Under the pieces are notes generated by a model. The model worked only from the letters and a program-made list of their open reading frames with translations. It made no database searches and was not told the DNA's origin. From contig JAAOMT010000714.1 of the NCBI GenBank assembly GCA_016748015.1, forward strand, positions 101,840 to 165,839: 64,000 bases of DNA, given 5' to 3'. The translations under genes and the position numbers were made by a program. The stretch comes from Geosiphon pyriformis uo1 (lineage: Eukaryota > Fungi > Glomeromycota). Below, piece after piece: positions 25,686 through 39,800 of the stretch (the first letter of the stretch is position 1; each line of letters opens with the position of its first letter).

Positions 25686-28600
25686 AACTTTTTTCTCTTC
25701 TATATTCTAAATTTACAGAAAAAATACATTTGTTAAAAAAAAGTTTTAATTATTTAGTATAATAAATCTAAACTATTTTTGCTAGAGTGAATTCTGATTA
25801 AACACCAAAAAGTTTGTAAATAAAAATCAAGAAAGCTTTAGAAAAACCATTAAAAAAAATCGATTTCTTAAATAATGATAATAATATTCTTTTAGATTCT
25901 TCTCTGGTGCTTTTTTTTTTCTCAAAAATTTGGTTAATGTTTTTGTTAAGAAGTTTTTTAATTTAAATATTAAGTTAGATAAGATTGCTAAAAAAACATC
26001 TTAGGAGAAATATGTGATAGTCAAAAAACTGTTTTCAGAAATTAATGGTTTTAAAGAGAAATGTTTATTTTTTCAAAATTTATTGAAATCATCAAAACAA
26101 TATTTATTTCTAAATTAAATTTAAGGCAGACTACTGATAAGACTAAAAGTGCAAAAATTCTGGTAAATACCAATCTCAAAAAATCTACTAAGTATTTAAA
26201 TTAAGCTGTAATAATAAAGAAAATTTTAATTAGAACATTAGCTAAGACTGTATATACTGTACTATCCAAGTTTAAAATAATTAAGTCGATCAAACTGCAG
26301 TTAGTAAAAATATAACAAAAGACTGTAATGAAGTTTAAGCAAATAAATTATGCTAATTTAGTTACAGCAAATTGGTTTATCTTGATCAAAAAGAATATTG
26401 TGTATATAACAAAGACTAATAAGAACAAAAATTCATGAAATACAAAAGACTATAATAAAACACTGTTTTATATATTATCAATAGAAACAAATGTTCACAA
26501 CATCTGAGATTTTATTGAATTAGTTGGTAAGAAAATATGTGTTATTAATCAATATTTAATTACATATGCCCAATTTAGATGTGTTGTTGTTTGCTTTAAT
26601 TCTGTTAAGTTACTTGATGTTATTATAGAAACTATACCAGTAATAAAAGGTGCCAATTTGTGCTGGTCTTATCTGGTTTTTGCCAAGTATACAAAGTATA
26701 AGAATATGAATTATACATTATTGGGCTGTTTTATAAGTAGAAATTTTCACTTTGGTAGTCTTCTTTATAAGATATTGTTAGACACAAATAAAAACAAATT
26801 GGCAATTATTTATACCAAACATTTGGCTCTTATTACTTATTCAGTTACTTTTGGTGGTGTTTTTTAGGCAAAAATTGTTGACAAGTCTTTTTCTCCTCTT
26901 TTTGTACATAATAATTTGTCAAATTCTGGCTTTTTTTTGGAGATGAAGCCTATCTTATTAGTGTTTGAAGAAATGAATAGTAGGTTTGTTACTCTTAAAT
27001 ACAGTCTTATCAGCTTTATAAAGCAGATTAGTAAGCTGGCTAAGAAATTAAATGTATTTGGACCAACAGTTTTTCAGTCTAGTTTTGAATATTGGCCATT
27101 AGTAATCTTTTTATTACAAAATCAAGAAGCAGATATAGTAATAAGTAAGGATTCAAATATAATTACTAGTAATAAAACTGTTATAAGAACAGTAGTTTTT
27201 GATCTGTTAGTTGTCTCAAAATTAAAAAAAACATGAACAATTTGTCAGTTATGGTTATAGGTCTAATAGCCAAAGTAGACAATATTGGTTTAAATTCTAA
27301 TGTTTGTTTTTTTCAATGACCAATCTTATTTGAAAAGTAGCTACATGTAATATTAGGAGTATAAATAACTTTGTTAAGCAAGCAAATATTATTTGTTGAC
27401 ACAAAAATATGAACAATTTGATTTTAATTGTTATTGAAACAAAGCTAAAAAAAAGATCTGTCTATAGATTGCCAACAATATTGATGGTGTTTATGTGTTT
27501 ACTTTTGGTTTGGACTCTAATTATTTGGGTTTTAATATCACAATTATTATAAATACTGTCTTAACAAGACATATGTGTAAAGTTTTTGAGATTTTTGGCC
27601 AGCTTTTGTCTGTTAAATTGCTTTTTAAAAATAAGCTTTCTGTTTTGATTTTGGGCTGTATGTTAGTGTAATACTAGTAGTACATTTGACTTAAACTGGG
27701 AAAATTAACTTATTAATAGCAAAAGCTATAAACAAATTTTTTTTTGTCTAGTTTTAGAAAATGTCTTAATCTAAAACTGGACAATTTATTAATAGAAAGC
27801 TTAACTGCAAAAACATTAGCATAGAAGAATTTTAGAGGTGTTAAGAAAACAATTAATTATGTATTATTTCTTCAAGTTTAATTAATACAATAATAGATTA
27901 TAATGTTCTGGATATTGGAGAGTACTTTGACACTAATTATCAAGCTGTTTCTGTCTTTGTAAGTTTGGGTGGTCTGTTGAATGTGCATCTGAACTCTTTG
28001 TACAAACAAGTAAATAAAGATTATTAAAAGTTTAATTTTAAGAGTTTTAATGAAATGAAATAGAATAGATTTAAGAATGCCACAATAGTTAATATTACAA
28101 TGTTTTTTAATAAGTTTATGACATTTAAAAAGTTCTTGGATCTGAATATAATATGGAATATTATTTGTAAAATAATATGTTTGTTGGCCAATAAGATGTT
28201 TAAGAAAAAGTGGTTTAAAAACTTTAATAGAATTTTTACCAAGATATCTTCTAAGTTTCACAAATTAGAAATGTTGGTATTAAAAATTGTCAAATTTTTA
28301 TGTAAAAAAACTTGTGTTAAATTTATTTTTCTAATAAGCCACTAAATATCTTTGAATAATAATAAGGCTTCAAATATTCAAATATTATTAAATTTTGGTG
28401 CTGATTATAGATCTATAAAATCTGTTTTTTCTGGTGCAAAAAAAGCATATTGTGCTTTGAAATTTGCCAAATTAATAAGAGTAGAGAAAGCAGATATTAG
28501 AACTGCTATTAACAGAAGAATAGAAAGTTTTGCTATTAACAAAAGTCACATAATTAGAAATATATTAAAACACCCTTTTTAAAAAATGGTGTTGGACTAT

Positions 28601-31600
28601 TTAGTAGTTAAGGGTAAGTTGGTTATAAATTCTAGAAAGATAAAATATAAGATTGATGTAATTATAAAAGATTGGATAAGAAAGAAAGCAGTATTAAACA
28701 GTGTTTTCAATTTGTGATATTGTTAATATATGCTATTAATTTATGTTAATAATACCACTTTTTTCAAAGTCATAAGTACTATTGAATATAATAATATGAT
28801 GCATATAATCAAAGACCTATCTGACAAAAAGGCTGCAGATTTGTCTAATATTACAAATGAGCTTTAGAAATACTGTAATAATTTAATATTGTTAATGTTG
28901 CTGAATATCCTGAATGTTTGTTTAATATGTAAGTTAATATTTCAACCTTAGAAAAAAGCTTGGATGTCAATAATTCCTAAACTATATAAGTAGAAAAGTA
29001 TTTTGACTAACACTAAACTAATTGTCTTAATTGAGACTGCTTGAAAAATTCTTTTCAAAATACTTTCTAATAAGATCTTTATAGTCTGTAGCAAATTTAA
29101 TGTTCTTTATAGTAACAATTTTTCTGTGTTAAAAAGTATTACTACTTAATTTTCTATCTTCCTAATGGACTTAGTAATTGAAAATGCTCTTGAAAAAGGT
29201 TGTAAACTCTGGCTGGTCTTGCAGAACATACAAAAGACATATAATTCTGTAGATTGGCATCATTTAGAAAATAGTTTGATTTATATCAAGATGTGTAGAC
29301 AATTTATCAGATTATTTTAAAGTATTCACAATGATAAAGTCAATTGAGTTATGACAGATTATAAGCTACTGATAGATATTAAGTACATAATAGTCTAGAT
29401 CAAAGTAAAATTTTTTTCTTCTTTGCTTTGAAGAATTTTCTATAACTCTTTTTTGTGTAAAGTTAAAAGACATAAGAGCTTATGTAATTACCATATTAAC
29501 ACTAGATTTGTTGTCAAAACTGACAGACTAAAAAATTAAAATAAACTGATTTTTTATTTAGTAACAAGTGTTTTTATCAATAACACAATTTGGGTAAGAA
29601 GTAGTTAGACTGTTATTCAACATATTTTGAATGTTGCAAGTAGTTTTTTTAAGATAAATAATATTTTAATAAACAATAAAAAAACAGTAGTCATTTTTAT
29701 TAATCAAAAAATAAAGATGTCTTATTATTAATATATAATCTGTCAATATCCATCATTTAGAAAGAGAAGTCTTACAGATATTTTAATATCTTTTTGTTTT
29801 CTAAAAGTTTATTAAGGTCTAGTTTGATAAAGGCTTATTTTAACATCAAGTTTTTTGCTAAGTTAGTTCTGAAGAAAGCTATTTTAGACAAATAATTTCT
29901 TTATTTTGTCTTGGCTATGCTGCAGTCTATAGTTAATTATAGGACTCAGTTTAATTTTGTCTTTAAAAGTGTGTATAATAAGTGGAATATGCTAATTAAA
30001 AAGAATTTGAGAATAAAAACTGGTTTGTCAAAGGATTTTCTTAACAAAACTTTTTACTATCTATTATTGTATGGCTTGAAATTGTTTAAGCAAGTGCAAG
30101 TTAAGAGTAAAGTAACTTCTGTATTGAGTTTTTTAAATGCTAGTAGAGTTTTTAATCATTTGTTTAATCATAGATCTTTGGATTTGCAAATTCTGAATTG
30201 GTCTTCTATTCATCTTTTATATCATTCTGCAAAGCTAAAAATCAGTCTAGTTAATAACTTTCTGGCTGGTATAGTAAAAATATTTTTGAATTATAACTTA
30301 TCTCTTAACAACAATTTTCTCTCTGTATTTCGTTTTTTAAATAGTGCTCAGATGTTTTTTGTTTTAGAAAATTCAGTGTTTTATAACATTTTTTGCTTAT
30401 TTAAGAGATTTGGTATTGTTTTTATTGAACAATTATATAATAAAAAAGAGTTAGTTTTTGATTAAAAGCTTTTATTGTTAGAAGAGGCTTGATCTTAGAA
30501 GTCTGATCTTTGTTTGGTTTGAAATAACACATAATTTTTTGGTCAGTTTTGCATTTTATTTTGATACTTAGTTGTTCAATAACAGCTTCTGGCTTTTGAA
30601 CATTTTTAATATTGATGGCTTTTTTAAGAACAAGTTCTGTTTTTTTAATGCTGATTTAGATGTTATTAATGTTTATACAGATGAATTTTTAGGGAATTTG
30701 AGTATGTATAAAATGAGATATGGTGTGGTTGCATTTTTTTCTGATCTAAATATTAGTGTTTATATTGAAATTGGTGGTTTAATATCTTCTATAATGGTGA
30801 AATTGCAGATAATTGCTCTGGCTTTGAAGTGTATTCCAGGTTACTATACTGTTTTGGTATATTTAAATAATCAAGCTGCTTTAGATACTTGTGCTATAGA
30901 ATTGGACATAAATTTACCAGACTTTTGCAATAGTTGCTGGCTAAAAAAACATTGTGTTATAAATTCTATTAAAAATAAGGAGCTTAGTATCTCTTAGAAT
31001 AAAGTTAGAAAACACTTAAGTGTATTGGGCAATAAGTGTGTTAATAAACTGGCCAATTTAGCTTTGTATTCAAATTTGATGTTTTCTATTAGTATTAATG
31101 AGAGATATATTAGGGCTAGTAGGATAGTAGTATTTAAAAATGTTTGTTATTTTACCCATAAAATTTTTAGAACTGTTCATTGTGTATATTAGAAAGTTGG
31201 ATCTGGCTCTAATATTATTAATATAAACATAGCAAAAAATGTAAATTGAAATTGGATTTTTTCAGTTTGGCATTTCAATTCGCATATAGTGGTTAGTTTC
31301 ACAAGTAAATCTATTGCTAATTTATGCTTATACTTTATAAAAGCTTTGTATTGTCACTTGTTAATTGCTGTTTGAAAACATTTATATAATAGAAGATATT
31401 CTAATATGTTATGCTTTTATTGTAAAGAGATAAAGACTTTCAATTATTTTTTTGTATATTTAATAGACTTGCTGTTTATATAAACTTGCTTAAATTGTGC
31501 TTGGTTTAATAAGGTGCTGCATTAAGTTTAAGTTTATTATTGTCTTATGTTTTGCAGATGCTTTTTTTGTGTGATTCTGATAATACTATATATACTGTTT

Positions 31601-32083
31601 TGTATAAAAATTTTGTGTTTAAAAAATAATGTTTAAAAACTGCATCTATTTTTAATAATGTCAAAGTTGTCAATAGAAAAATTGTTGATTTAGTATGAGA
31701 CTTAAAGACAGCCTACTATGTTAAAATATGATAATAAAAATTAAGTATAAAACAATAATGGAGAAAAGATGTCTAATTGCATATAATAATTCAGTATCTT
31801 CTAAGATCTGTGGTCTTTTATCTCTGCTATTTAATGATGTTATTAAGTTGTTTGAAATTACAAAGATACATGATATTAGTTTTGGTTTTATAAGCTTTGC
31901 AGTTTTTTTTCTGATACTAATAGTGTAGTGCCTATTAAAATAGATTTGTAGTGTTACTTTAATTGGTCCAAATAGCTAGTCATATATAGAAAATACATAA
32001 TTTGCACTTAGTTTAGATTATTTAGTTTAATGTATTGTACTAGATAGTATTTGGGCCTCACTTATTAAATAAATAAATAAAAA
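25686..32083 (+). mobile_element. LINE copy 5, heavily decayed, with deletions in ORF1 and APE
   Basis: 5' end alignable to the copy 6 5' UTR. ATGA junction at 27316-27319; RNase H remnant VYTDEF at ~30674; stop TAG at 31949, tail and (TAAA)n end. Confidence 0.9.
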
Positions 32084-33849
32084 CTTACTATTAATTACTT
32101 TTTTTTATATTGCATATTTTTTTATTATTATTATTAAGTATCTAAATATCTTAAAATAAAAGATTACTTGTTGGCATTTATATATTTTATCTTTTTTTTT
32201 CTTGATTTGTATAATTAGAATTAGTCTAAAAAGTAATTACTTGCTTTTGTGATTTATTGAATAAAAAAATGATTAAAAAGCACAATAATATTTGTTATTA
32301 ATTTTAAAAATTACTAATGTTAAAGATGATTATTTGGAGTTTCAAAACAAATAACAAATTCATAACTTGGTGCTTAATTGCTATAATGATGTTGATTTCT
32401 AAAAGTTGTTTGTATCTGAAGAATTAGATTGAATTCTTTGTATAATGAACAAAGATTCACTATAGTTGGTGTTGGTTAATTTCTTAAGTCGTTTTTTCCA
32501 ATTTTTGTTTTCAGCATAGTGGCCAGATTAATCTAACAGTCATGCCCTTCTGGTAAGCTATCCATTAATATATATATAATTCTATCCTTATTTCTGGGTT
32601 TTTTACCAGGCTATCTATGATGTCAATAACTCAGCATTTTAATTCTTTTAATCAATTAGTACACAATAACAAAAGAAAAAAAAATAAAAGAGATAAAGAA
32701 AAGATAAAAAAAATAAGCCAAGGCGATTGCAAGTTAGTATCTCATCAATAGCTGTGATTAAGAGCTATTGTTTCAATGTGATTAAGTATTAATTACTATC
32801 AACATGAAGTGTTGATAGTAAAAAGTGGATTGAAATAATGAATAATTATTTATTGATATTTGTGGTATGAAAGATTGTTTAGATTAAATCTAAACTAAGA
32901 GATTTGTCTTTTTTACTTTTAACATTACTACTATATATACATAATTGAGATTTCTCAATTCTTCAATTCTTTATACCAGGAATCCTGCAATTTCTTTGAG
33001 AAGAATCCTAGAATTCTGGAATTCTGCAATTCCTCATATAAGAATCCTGAAATTCCTGGAATTTTACATTTACTACATCTACCTCTGATTGGCTAATTTT
33101 ATATACTAATATTCTCCCTATATTATATGAGTAATACTAAGTTAAAACATAAAATAATAGCAACAATATTATTTTGTTGACAATTACAAATTATTTTTTT
33201 ATCTTCAGATTTTCAGAAAAGATTTACAATTATAATTTTTATAAAACAGATTATATACATTAAATATTTATTCATTTAATTTGTTTCTTTATTGTAATTT
33301 TCTTTTTAATTATTTTTATTATCTTATAATCTTGTTTTTTTTTGCTATTTATTAGCTTGTTATTCCAATTTATAATAATATTAATAAAAAGTATAAAAAT
33401 AAAAATAAAAATAAAAATATTTAACTAATTATTTATTAATTTCAAAACTTTTTGATATATTATATTTAAAAAAAATACAAATTTTAATTTATTTAATATA
33501 TTTTTATTTTTAATATTCGAAAAAACTATTTATTTGCAGCTGTTTTTTTTTCTTGAATTTTAAGAACAGTATTATGAATTAATACTCTTAAAGTTTTAAA
33601 AAAATTTAAACCAAATTTTTTATTATGTTGTTCTTTACAATAATATAATGTATTTTTAAGTATAATTTTATATTAACACATAAATAGCAAAGACAAAAAT
33701 TCATTTTCACTTTTAAATCTTTATTTATATTAAAATTTTTATTATACTTGTTATTAATAAGATCTATAATTTCATTTTTTAAAATATAAGTAAATAATAA
33801 TTTGAACTTGTTAATATTAATAAAGTCTATTGTTAATAGCTTATTAATA

Positions 33850-34850
33850 TTAATATGCTTAATAAGAATTTGTATTTTTTATAAAAGTTTTTGTTTAATA
33901 TTTAATAAATGAATTAGTATTTGGCTATTATCTAAAATTTCTGTATAATATTAATAGTTTTAAATTATAGTTATTGTGTCTTAAAAAATATAATAATTTT
34001 TGTATCTAATAATTGCAAATAAAATGTTGATTGAATGATAAATATCTAATTATAATATTAAATAATATAAAAAAATTTTTATCATAAAAATTAACATTAT
34101 TAAGCAATAGCAAAATTCTTTTTTTCTTTTAATGTATTTTTTTTTTAATAAATTAGTTATTTACTAAAAATATTTGTTTGTATTTATGCTTTTGTATTAT
34201 AATAATAAGTAATTAAAAGTGTATTTATATTAATATTGTAAAAACATTGTGATTTTGTAACTTTGTTAATAATTAAGAACTACAACTTAATATTAATTAT
34301 TGTATTATAAGCAAAAAATATAATAATCTAATTTTTATTATGTTTGGTACTAAAAGTAAGTTTTATTGCCAAAGTTGTATTTGGTAGTATTCTAAAAAAT
34401 AATGTTGTTTTATTAATATTATAAATATTATTTAGATTATATTTGTTAATAATTTTGCATAATTATTTTTATTCTTCTGATAAAATTTTTAAGAAAACAT
34501 TGTTTGCTTTATTATATATCTTAATATTATGCAAATTATGCCATTTTTTGAACTTTTTTAATCAACTATTTAATTCTTTAAAGTTATTTTTTTTTGAAAA
34601 CTTTTGGGCAAACTTAAGTGTTTTTGTTTATAAAGTTTTTTTAATAAAAATACAGTTAATAAATAATGTTTCAAATATTTATTTTTTTTAAAAACATCTT
34701 TTTTCTGTTTTTTGTTAATTAACAAGAGTTGTTAAATATATTCTTTTTAATTTATTAGTTTGATTTTACAAATATCTTTGTTATAGTAAAGTGGTTAATC
34801 TTTAGATTAAATATTTTAATTGGTTTATTTGCTAAATAGTAAGAATGTTT
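33850..34850 (-). pseudogene. Decayed pogo/Tigger-type transposase (CENP-B HTH plus DDE_1)
   Basis: Minus-strand translation with G>A/C>T reverted gives ordered family motifs: FKELNS*LKKFKKWHNL (FKxSNGWLxKFKKRH, 34590-34535), IYNINKTTLF (IYNxDETxLF, 34430-34400), KA*IQT (KAWM, ~34190), RILLLLNN (LLLLDN, ~34110), LQLLDTKII (LQPLDxGII, ~34010). Ends are approximate. Confidence 0.8.
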
Positions 34851-35667
34851 TAATTTATACTAATCAAGTTTTTTTAGTTTATTTTTTTTGGTATATTTAT
34901 AAAAACAAAACAATAGTTTTTGGTTTATATATTTTTTATTATATTTTACTTTCATAATATATTAATATATTTGTTGTGTTTTAAATGTTATTTTATTTAA
35001 ATATTATCTAAGGTATCTTATATTTAATTAAACATATAAAATATATTAAATTATATAAAGTGCTCTAAATTATAAAAATAAAAGTTTTAATTTAATATAT
35101 CTAATATTTTATAATTAGAATTATATTATATCTTTTTTATTATTTGCAGTATATATAAATTTACATAATTATGTTTTTTAATAATAAGTTAGTTTTATTA
35201 TTTTTTATTGTTAATTTATTTTAAACTATTATTTTCTTAAAATATATTACAACTTAATAAATTAATAATAACAATTAAATTTTATAATACTTTATTAATA
35301 ATAATAAATTTTTTTTAGTGTTATTTTTGTAAATAAAATCATATAAACTATAAGATTTTAAGTATAAAAAATGACAAATTTTTATAAAAAGAAACTTAAT
35401 TTTAATAATATATTTACAACATTCTTTGTTTCTTGTTTACTTTTATTTATATTTAATAATTAATAATAAAAACTGTTAATTTAATTTTTTACATATTTGT
35501 ATAATTATATAAAATATAGCAAAGTATTATGTTGTCAAGTTTTTTAAATACAGAAACATTTATATTGATTATACAAATACTATAGTTAATAAAAATAATT
35601 GACAATTTATTTTTTTATTTTAAAAACACCTATTGATATACTTTATAAGTTTATTAATTATTATATA

Positions 35668-36090
35668 ACAATCAATATGACAATAGTATTTAAATTTACT
35701 TATTTCTAAATAGTCTTAATAATTAATATGACAATAATAATTAGATTTATTTATCTTAAATAGTTTTAACAATTAATATAGCAATAATAATTCAGTTTAT
35801 TTATTTTTTAATGGTTTTAACAATTAATATGGCAATAATAATCAAATTTACTAATCTTTGAATAGTCTTAGTAATTAACATAACAATAATATTAATTTTA
35901 TTTATTTTTAGACAATTATAATAATTAATATGAATATACTAATCAAATTTACTTATTTCTAAATAGTTATAGCAATTAATATAATAATAATAATCAAATT
36001 TATTTATCTTTAAATAATCTTAAAAATTAATGTAACAATAATAATTTACTTTACTTACTTTTGAATAGTTATAATAATTATTACAGTAAT
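35668..36090. repeat. Degenerate tandem repeat, ~51-bp unit, ~8 copies
   Basis: Units start at ~35668, 35719, 35769, 35820, 35871, 35921, 35972 and 36023, like ACAATTAATATGGCAATAATAATCAAATTTACTTATTTCTAAATAGTCTTA. Confidence 0.85.
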
Positions 36091-36194
36091 GTTAATTAAA
36101 TTTTTGGATAATTATTTAATATTTATTACTAAAACTAAGCAAAACACATTATTTTACAATAATTATTATGTTGTAATCTTTAAAATTATATTAA

Positions 36195-38455
36195 TTTTTT
36201 ATTATTATAAGATTCAATAAGCATAATCCAACTATTATTTAGAAATTAAGAACAAATTAAAAACTTTAAAACTAAATGTGATTCACATATTTTCTATATA
36301 TAACTAGCTATTTAAGCTAGTTTAAACTATACTATATTAATACAACAAAAAAAAACTTATTTAAAACTGATATTTTTTAAATTATATCAAACAAAATAAT
36401 ATTACAAGAAACCAATTCAACCAATTATTTAACTGTTTTCAAGGAATTAATTTTAACATTAACAAATTTATGAACTTAAAGTAACATTAAATTAGAAAAC
36501 ATTTTATTATTCACAATAGTTTAATATATTAGACTACTAAACATGTTAAAATTCTTTATATAACATTTTTTTTAATAAAACCATCTTTTTTTTCAATTTA
36601 TTAATAACTTTGCTAAAAGCACTTAGCTAAATTATAAGTTCATTGATTTTAAAATTAAAAATGCTGTTTGAAACAAAATTATCTTTAACAAATTGTTTAA
36701 ATACAATAACCAAAAAATTAATAGGCCTCATAATAAATTCAATCAAAGTAGTTAGTTTGGTCAACTTAGCTTCCAAAAAAATCAACCATAAAAAAACTAA
36801 AAAATTACCAACAGCAACAGAAAGAAAAACAAGAAACAATAAAGATAAAAACCCAAAAAAGCTTAAAAAAACCAAAGCTTTAATATATAATTCAGCATCT
36901 ACAAAACATAATATAAATACTTTAAAAATTTTAAGAAGAAAAAATAAAGACACCTTATAGTTCACAGCTAGATAACTCACTTTTTAATATTTAAAACAGC
37001 ACTAACAGCCAAAAATTTCTTATCAGATATGACACTTTTATAATATATTAGTTTTAACTATAATAGCATTTAAGTTTACTTAAAAACCAAATATAACTAG
37101 CATAAACTGGGAATAACAACCAAAATTAAGAAAGCAAAAGATAAAACAGAATTGACTACTAACTTGTAAAATTATATTACTAATTTTAAAAGCAGTACAA
37201 TCAGAAAAAAGATTAACCAACTTGGTTTTAAACTTATTTTAAAACAAAATAGTCTTATTTTAATTAACCAAAGAAAAAATTTTAACATTATTCTTGTCTA
37301 TTAAAACTGATTAATGATTCAAAGCAGATATAATAACATCTAGTTTTTTAAAATAAACAACTATGTATTATTAGACATTAGTAAACTTTAACACAATATG
37401 GATAATCTTATCAAATATACTAAGTGTTGTCTTAATATTAGCAGTAAATATACCTAAAAGCATATTGTATAATATAACAATAGCAAAAAAAAAACCAGTC
37501 TCAGAAATTACCAAAGACTTGGCAATTTTAAGAATAATCAAACAAATAAAGTTTGTAAATTCAACTAAAAAAACAGCTTCTAAAGATTTTTAAGAAGCAA
37601 ACTCTATACAAAAAAACTTAATATTATTTTTTTAATATTGACTTTGCATTCAAAAAACTATGTACAGACTAAAAAACAGTCTTAACATAAACCAATTTAA
37701 TCTTGAAATAATACTAAATACCAGAATAAAAGCTATTTATTCAGCAAATCTTTAATAATTAAAGATAATTTTTTAAATATTATTAGTAATAACATCAGAA
37801 ATCAAAAAAAAACAATAATAATTCAGTTTTTATTTGATTAGCCCAGTTCTTATGAATAAATAATCTAATAAGAAATAGTTGTTTTGCTTTTAAAACTGAC
37901 AATAATCTGTTAAAAAACATCATATTTGATAACACTACTAATAATTGATCTTAACCCATTTTGGATAATAAACTAGCTAATACAATAGAAATTTTATTTA
38001 AAATCTCATTAAAAACCACAAAAAAATTTGATATAACAATAACAAAAGTGACTAACTACCCTTATTTTTTTAATTCAATAGTTTTTTTTTGAAGAAATAA
38101 TACCAGCAGCATTATATATAAAAATTATAAAAAAAAAACCAGTTTATTAAATAATTTATTATTAAAAATTTTTGGATTCTTAAAAAAAATAAAGACAATA
38201 TTAAGACTGATCCAAGTATGTTTTTTTAAAAGAACTTTAATTGGTAAAAAACCGGCCAAAAATAAAAAAAATGCTTTAGTATCCACTAAAAACAGCTTTT
38301 TACTAATATTATTTAAAAAAAAAGCTTCTAAAACGTTCTGTTTAGCTGTTTTTACAACAAAAAAAACTTTGTAAGATATTAAAAAAGAGGTACCAGTTGC
38401 AGCTTTTTTACTCTTTGCTCTAGTCATAATCATATAAATAAAGAGATAAAAAATT
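36195..38455 (-). mobile_element. Near-full-length (~2.25 kb), decayed ORF1-only (HAL1-like) retroelement with the LINE-type tail
   Basis: One decayed ORF from MIMTRAKSKKAA (38433) through a mutated CCHC knuckle (CFKY*KVSYLAVNY, ~37000) and a coiled coil to TAG at 36332-36334. A decayed LINE tail (TAGTATAG..CTAGCTTAAATAGCTAGTTATATATAGAAAATATGTG) and A-run follow at once. No room for ORF2. Confidence 0.78.
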
Positions 38456-39260
38456 TTTATTTAATATAATCTTAATATTAATAAAATAATAAATTTATAA
38501 ATAAAGCAAATAATAATAGATTAATATAGATTTTATTATTGTAATACTTAAATACAAAATAGGATTGATATTTTAAAATAATATTTGAGACATTTTATAA
38601 TTAAAAATATCTTATAATATTTAAGGCACTTTATATAATAATATTTAACACACAATATATTTAATATTATATAATTACAGTATAATTATAGAGAATAGAA
38701 ATTACTTATATTTTACTATTGTGTTTACAAAAATAGAAACTATAAAAAAAAATATATAGTGAAAGTGATTATAAAAAATAACATTATATATAAATAATTT
38801 TGGTATTTAAAAAAGTGTAATTAAAAAAATAATAACTATAATTAAAAAAATAATAGAGAAAATTTACTATAATAAGAAAAATTTTATTATAAGATTTGAT
38901 ATTAATATAATAAAATTTAAAAATCTTAAAAAAAACTACAAATTTAAATAAAATTTAAATAAAAAAAAAATTTTATAATTTACAGTTAAATAATTTGTAT
39001 TTTAATACTTAAAATATTAATTTTAATGATAATAGTTTTTAAATTTTTTTTAAATTTAACATAATAATAACATATTAAAAATATTAAATAAAATTAAGAA
39101 AACACAAAATAAAACATATATGACTACTAATTTAAGAAACTAATCTATTAATTTTGAAACTATATAGCCAAAAAAAATTAATTAATTTGGTCTTAAATAG
39201 TTTTTTTTAATTTATAAAAAAAATTCTGATATTATTTTTGTTTATTAAAATTAATTAGCA

Positions 39261-39347
39261 TATTAGAGTAATTGTAATTATATTAAAGTAATTATAATTA
39301 TATTAAAGTAATAGTAATTATATTAAAGTAATTATAATTATATTAAA
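39261..39347. repeat. Minisatellite, 20-bp unit x4
   Basis: TATTAAAGTAATTATAATTA-type units at 39261, 39281, 39301 and 39321. Confidence 0.9.
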
Positions 39348-39800
39348 AAACTTAATATTTATTATAACATATTAATAAACAATAATAACAACAAAAAAAA
39401 ACTTAAAAAATATCATAAATTTAACAATCTTAAATAAAAAAAAACAATATTAATAAATTAAACTTAAAATACAATATTTAAAAAAACTTATAAAACAAAT
39501 TCTATATAAAAAAGCTTTATATTGTTCTTAAAAATAAACTTAATATTTATAAAATTATATATAAATTAAAATATAAAACCAAATATTAAAATAGAGATTA
39601 TTTATTCAAAAGATTTTTGTTAATTAAAAATAATTTTTTGAGTATTATTAAAAACAGTAAAAAACTTCTTTTTTTCTTTCATCCCAAATTCCCAAAAAAA
39701 GAGTCAAAAGTTTTAGTAAAAGAAGTTTTTAGCCATTCAGTATGACAAATCCAAACCGTTTTTTGATTTTGAGATCACTATTGGCCCTACTATTGCTGTC

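Noticed and set aside
35668-36090. CRISPR-like array
   Set aside because: Whole units are homologous with no unique spacers, there are no cas genes, and the context is eukaryotic.
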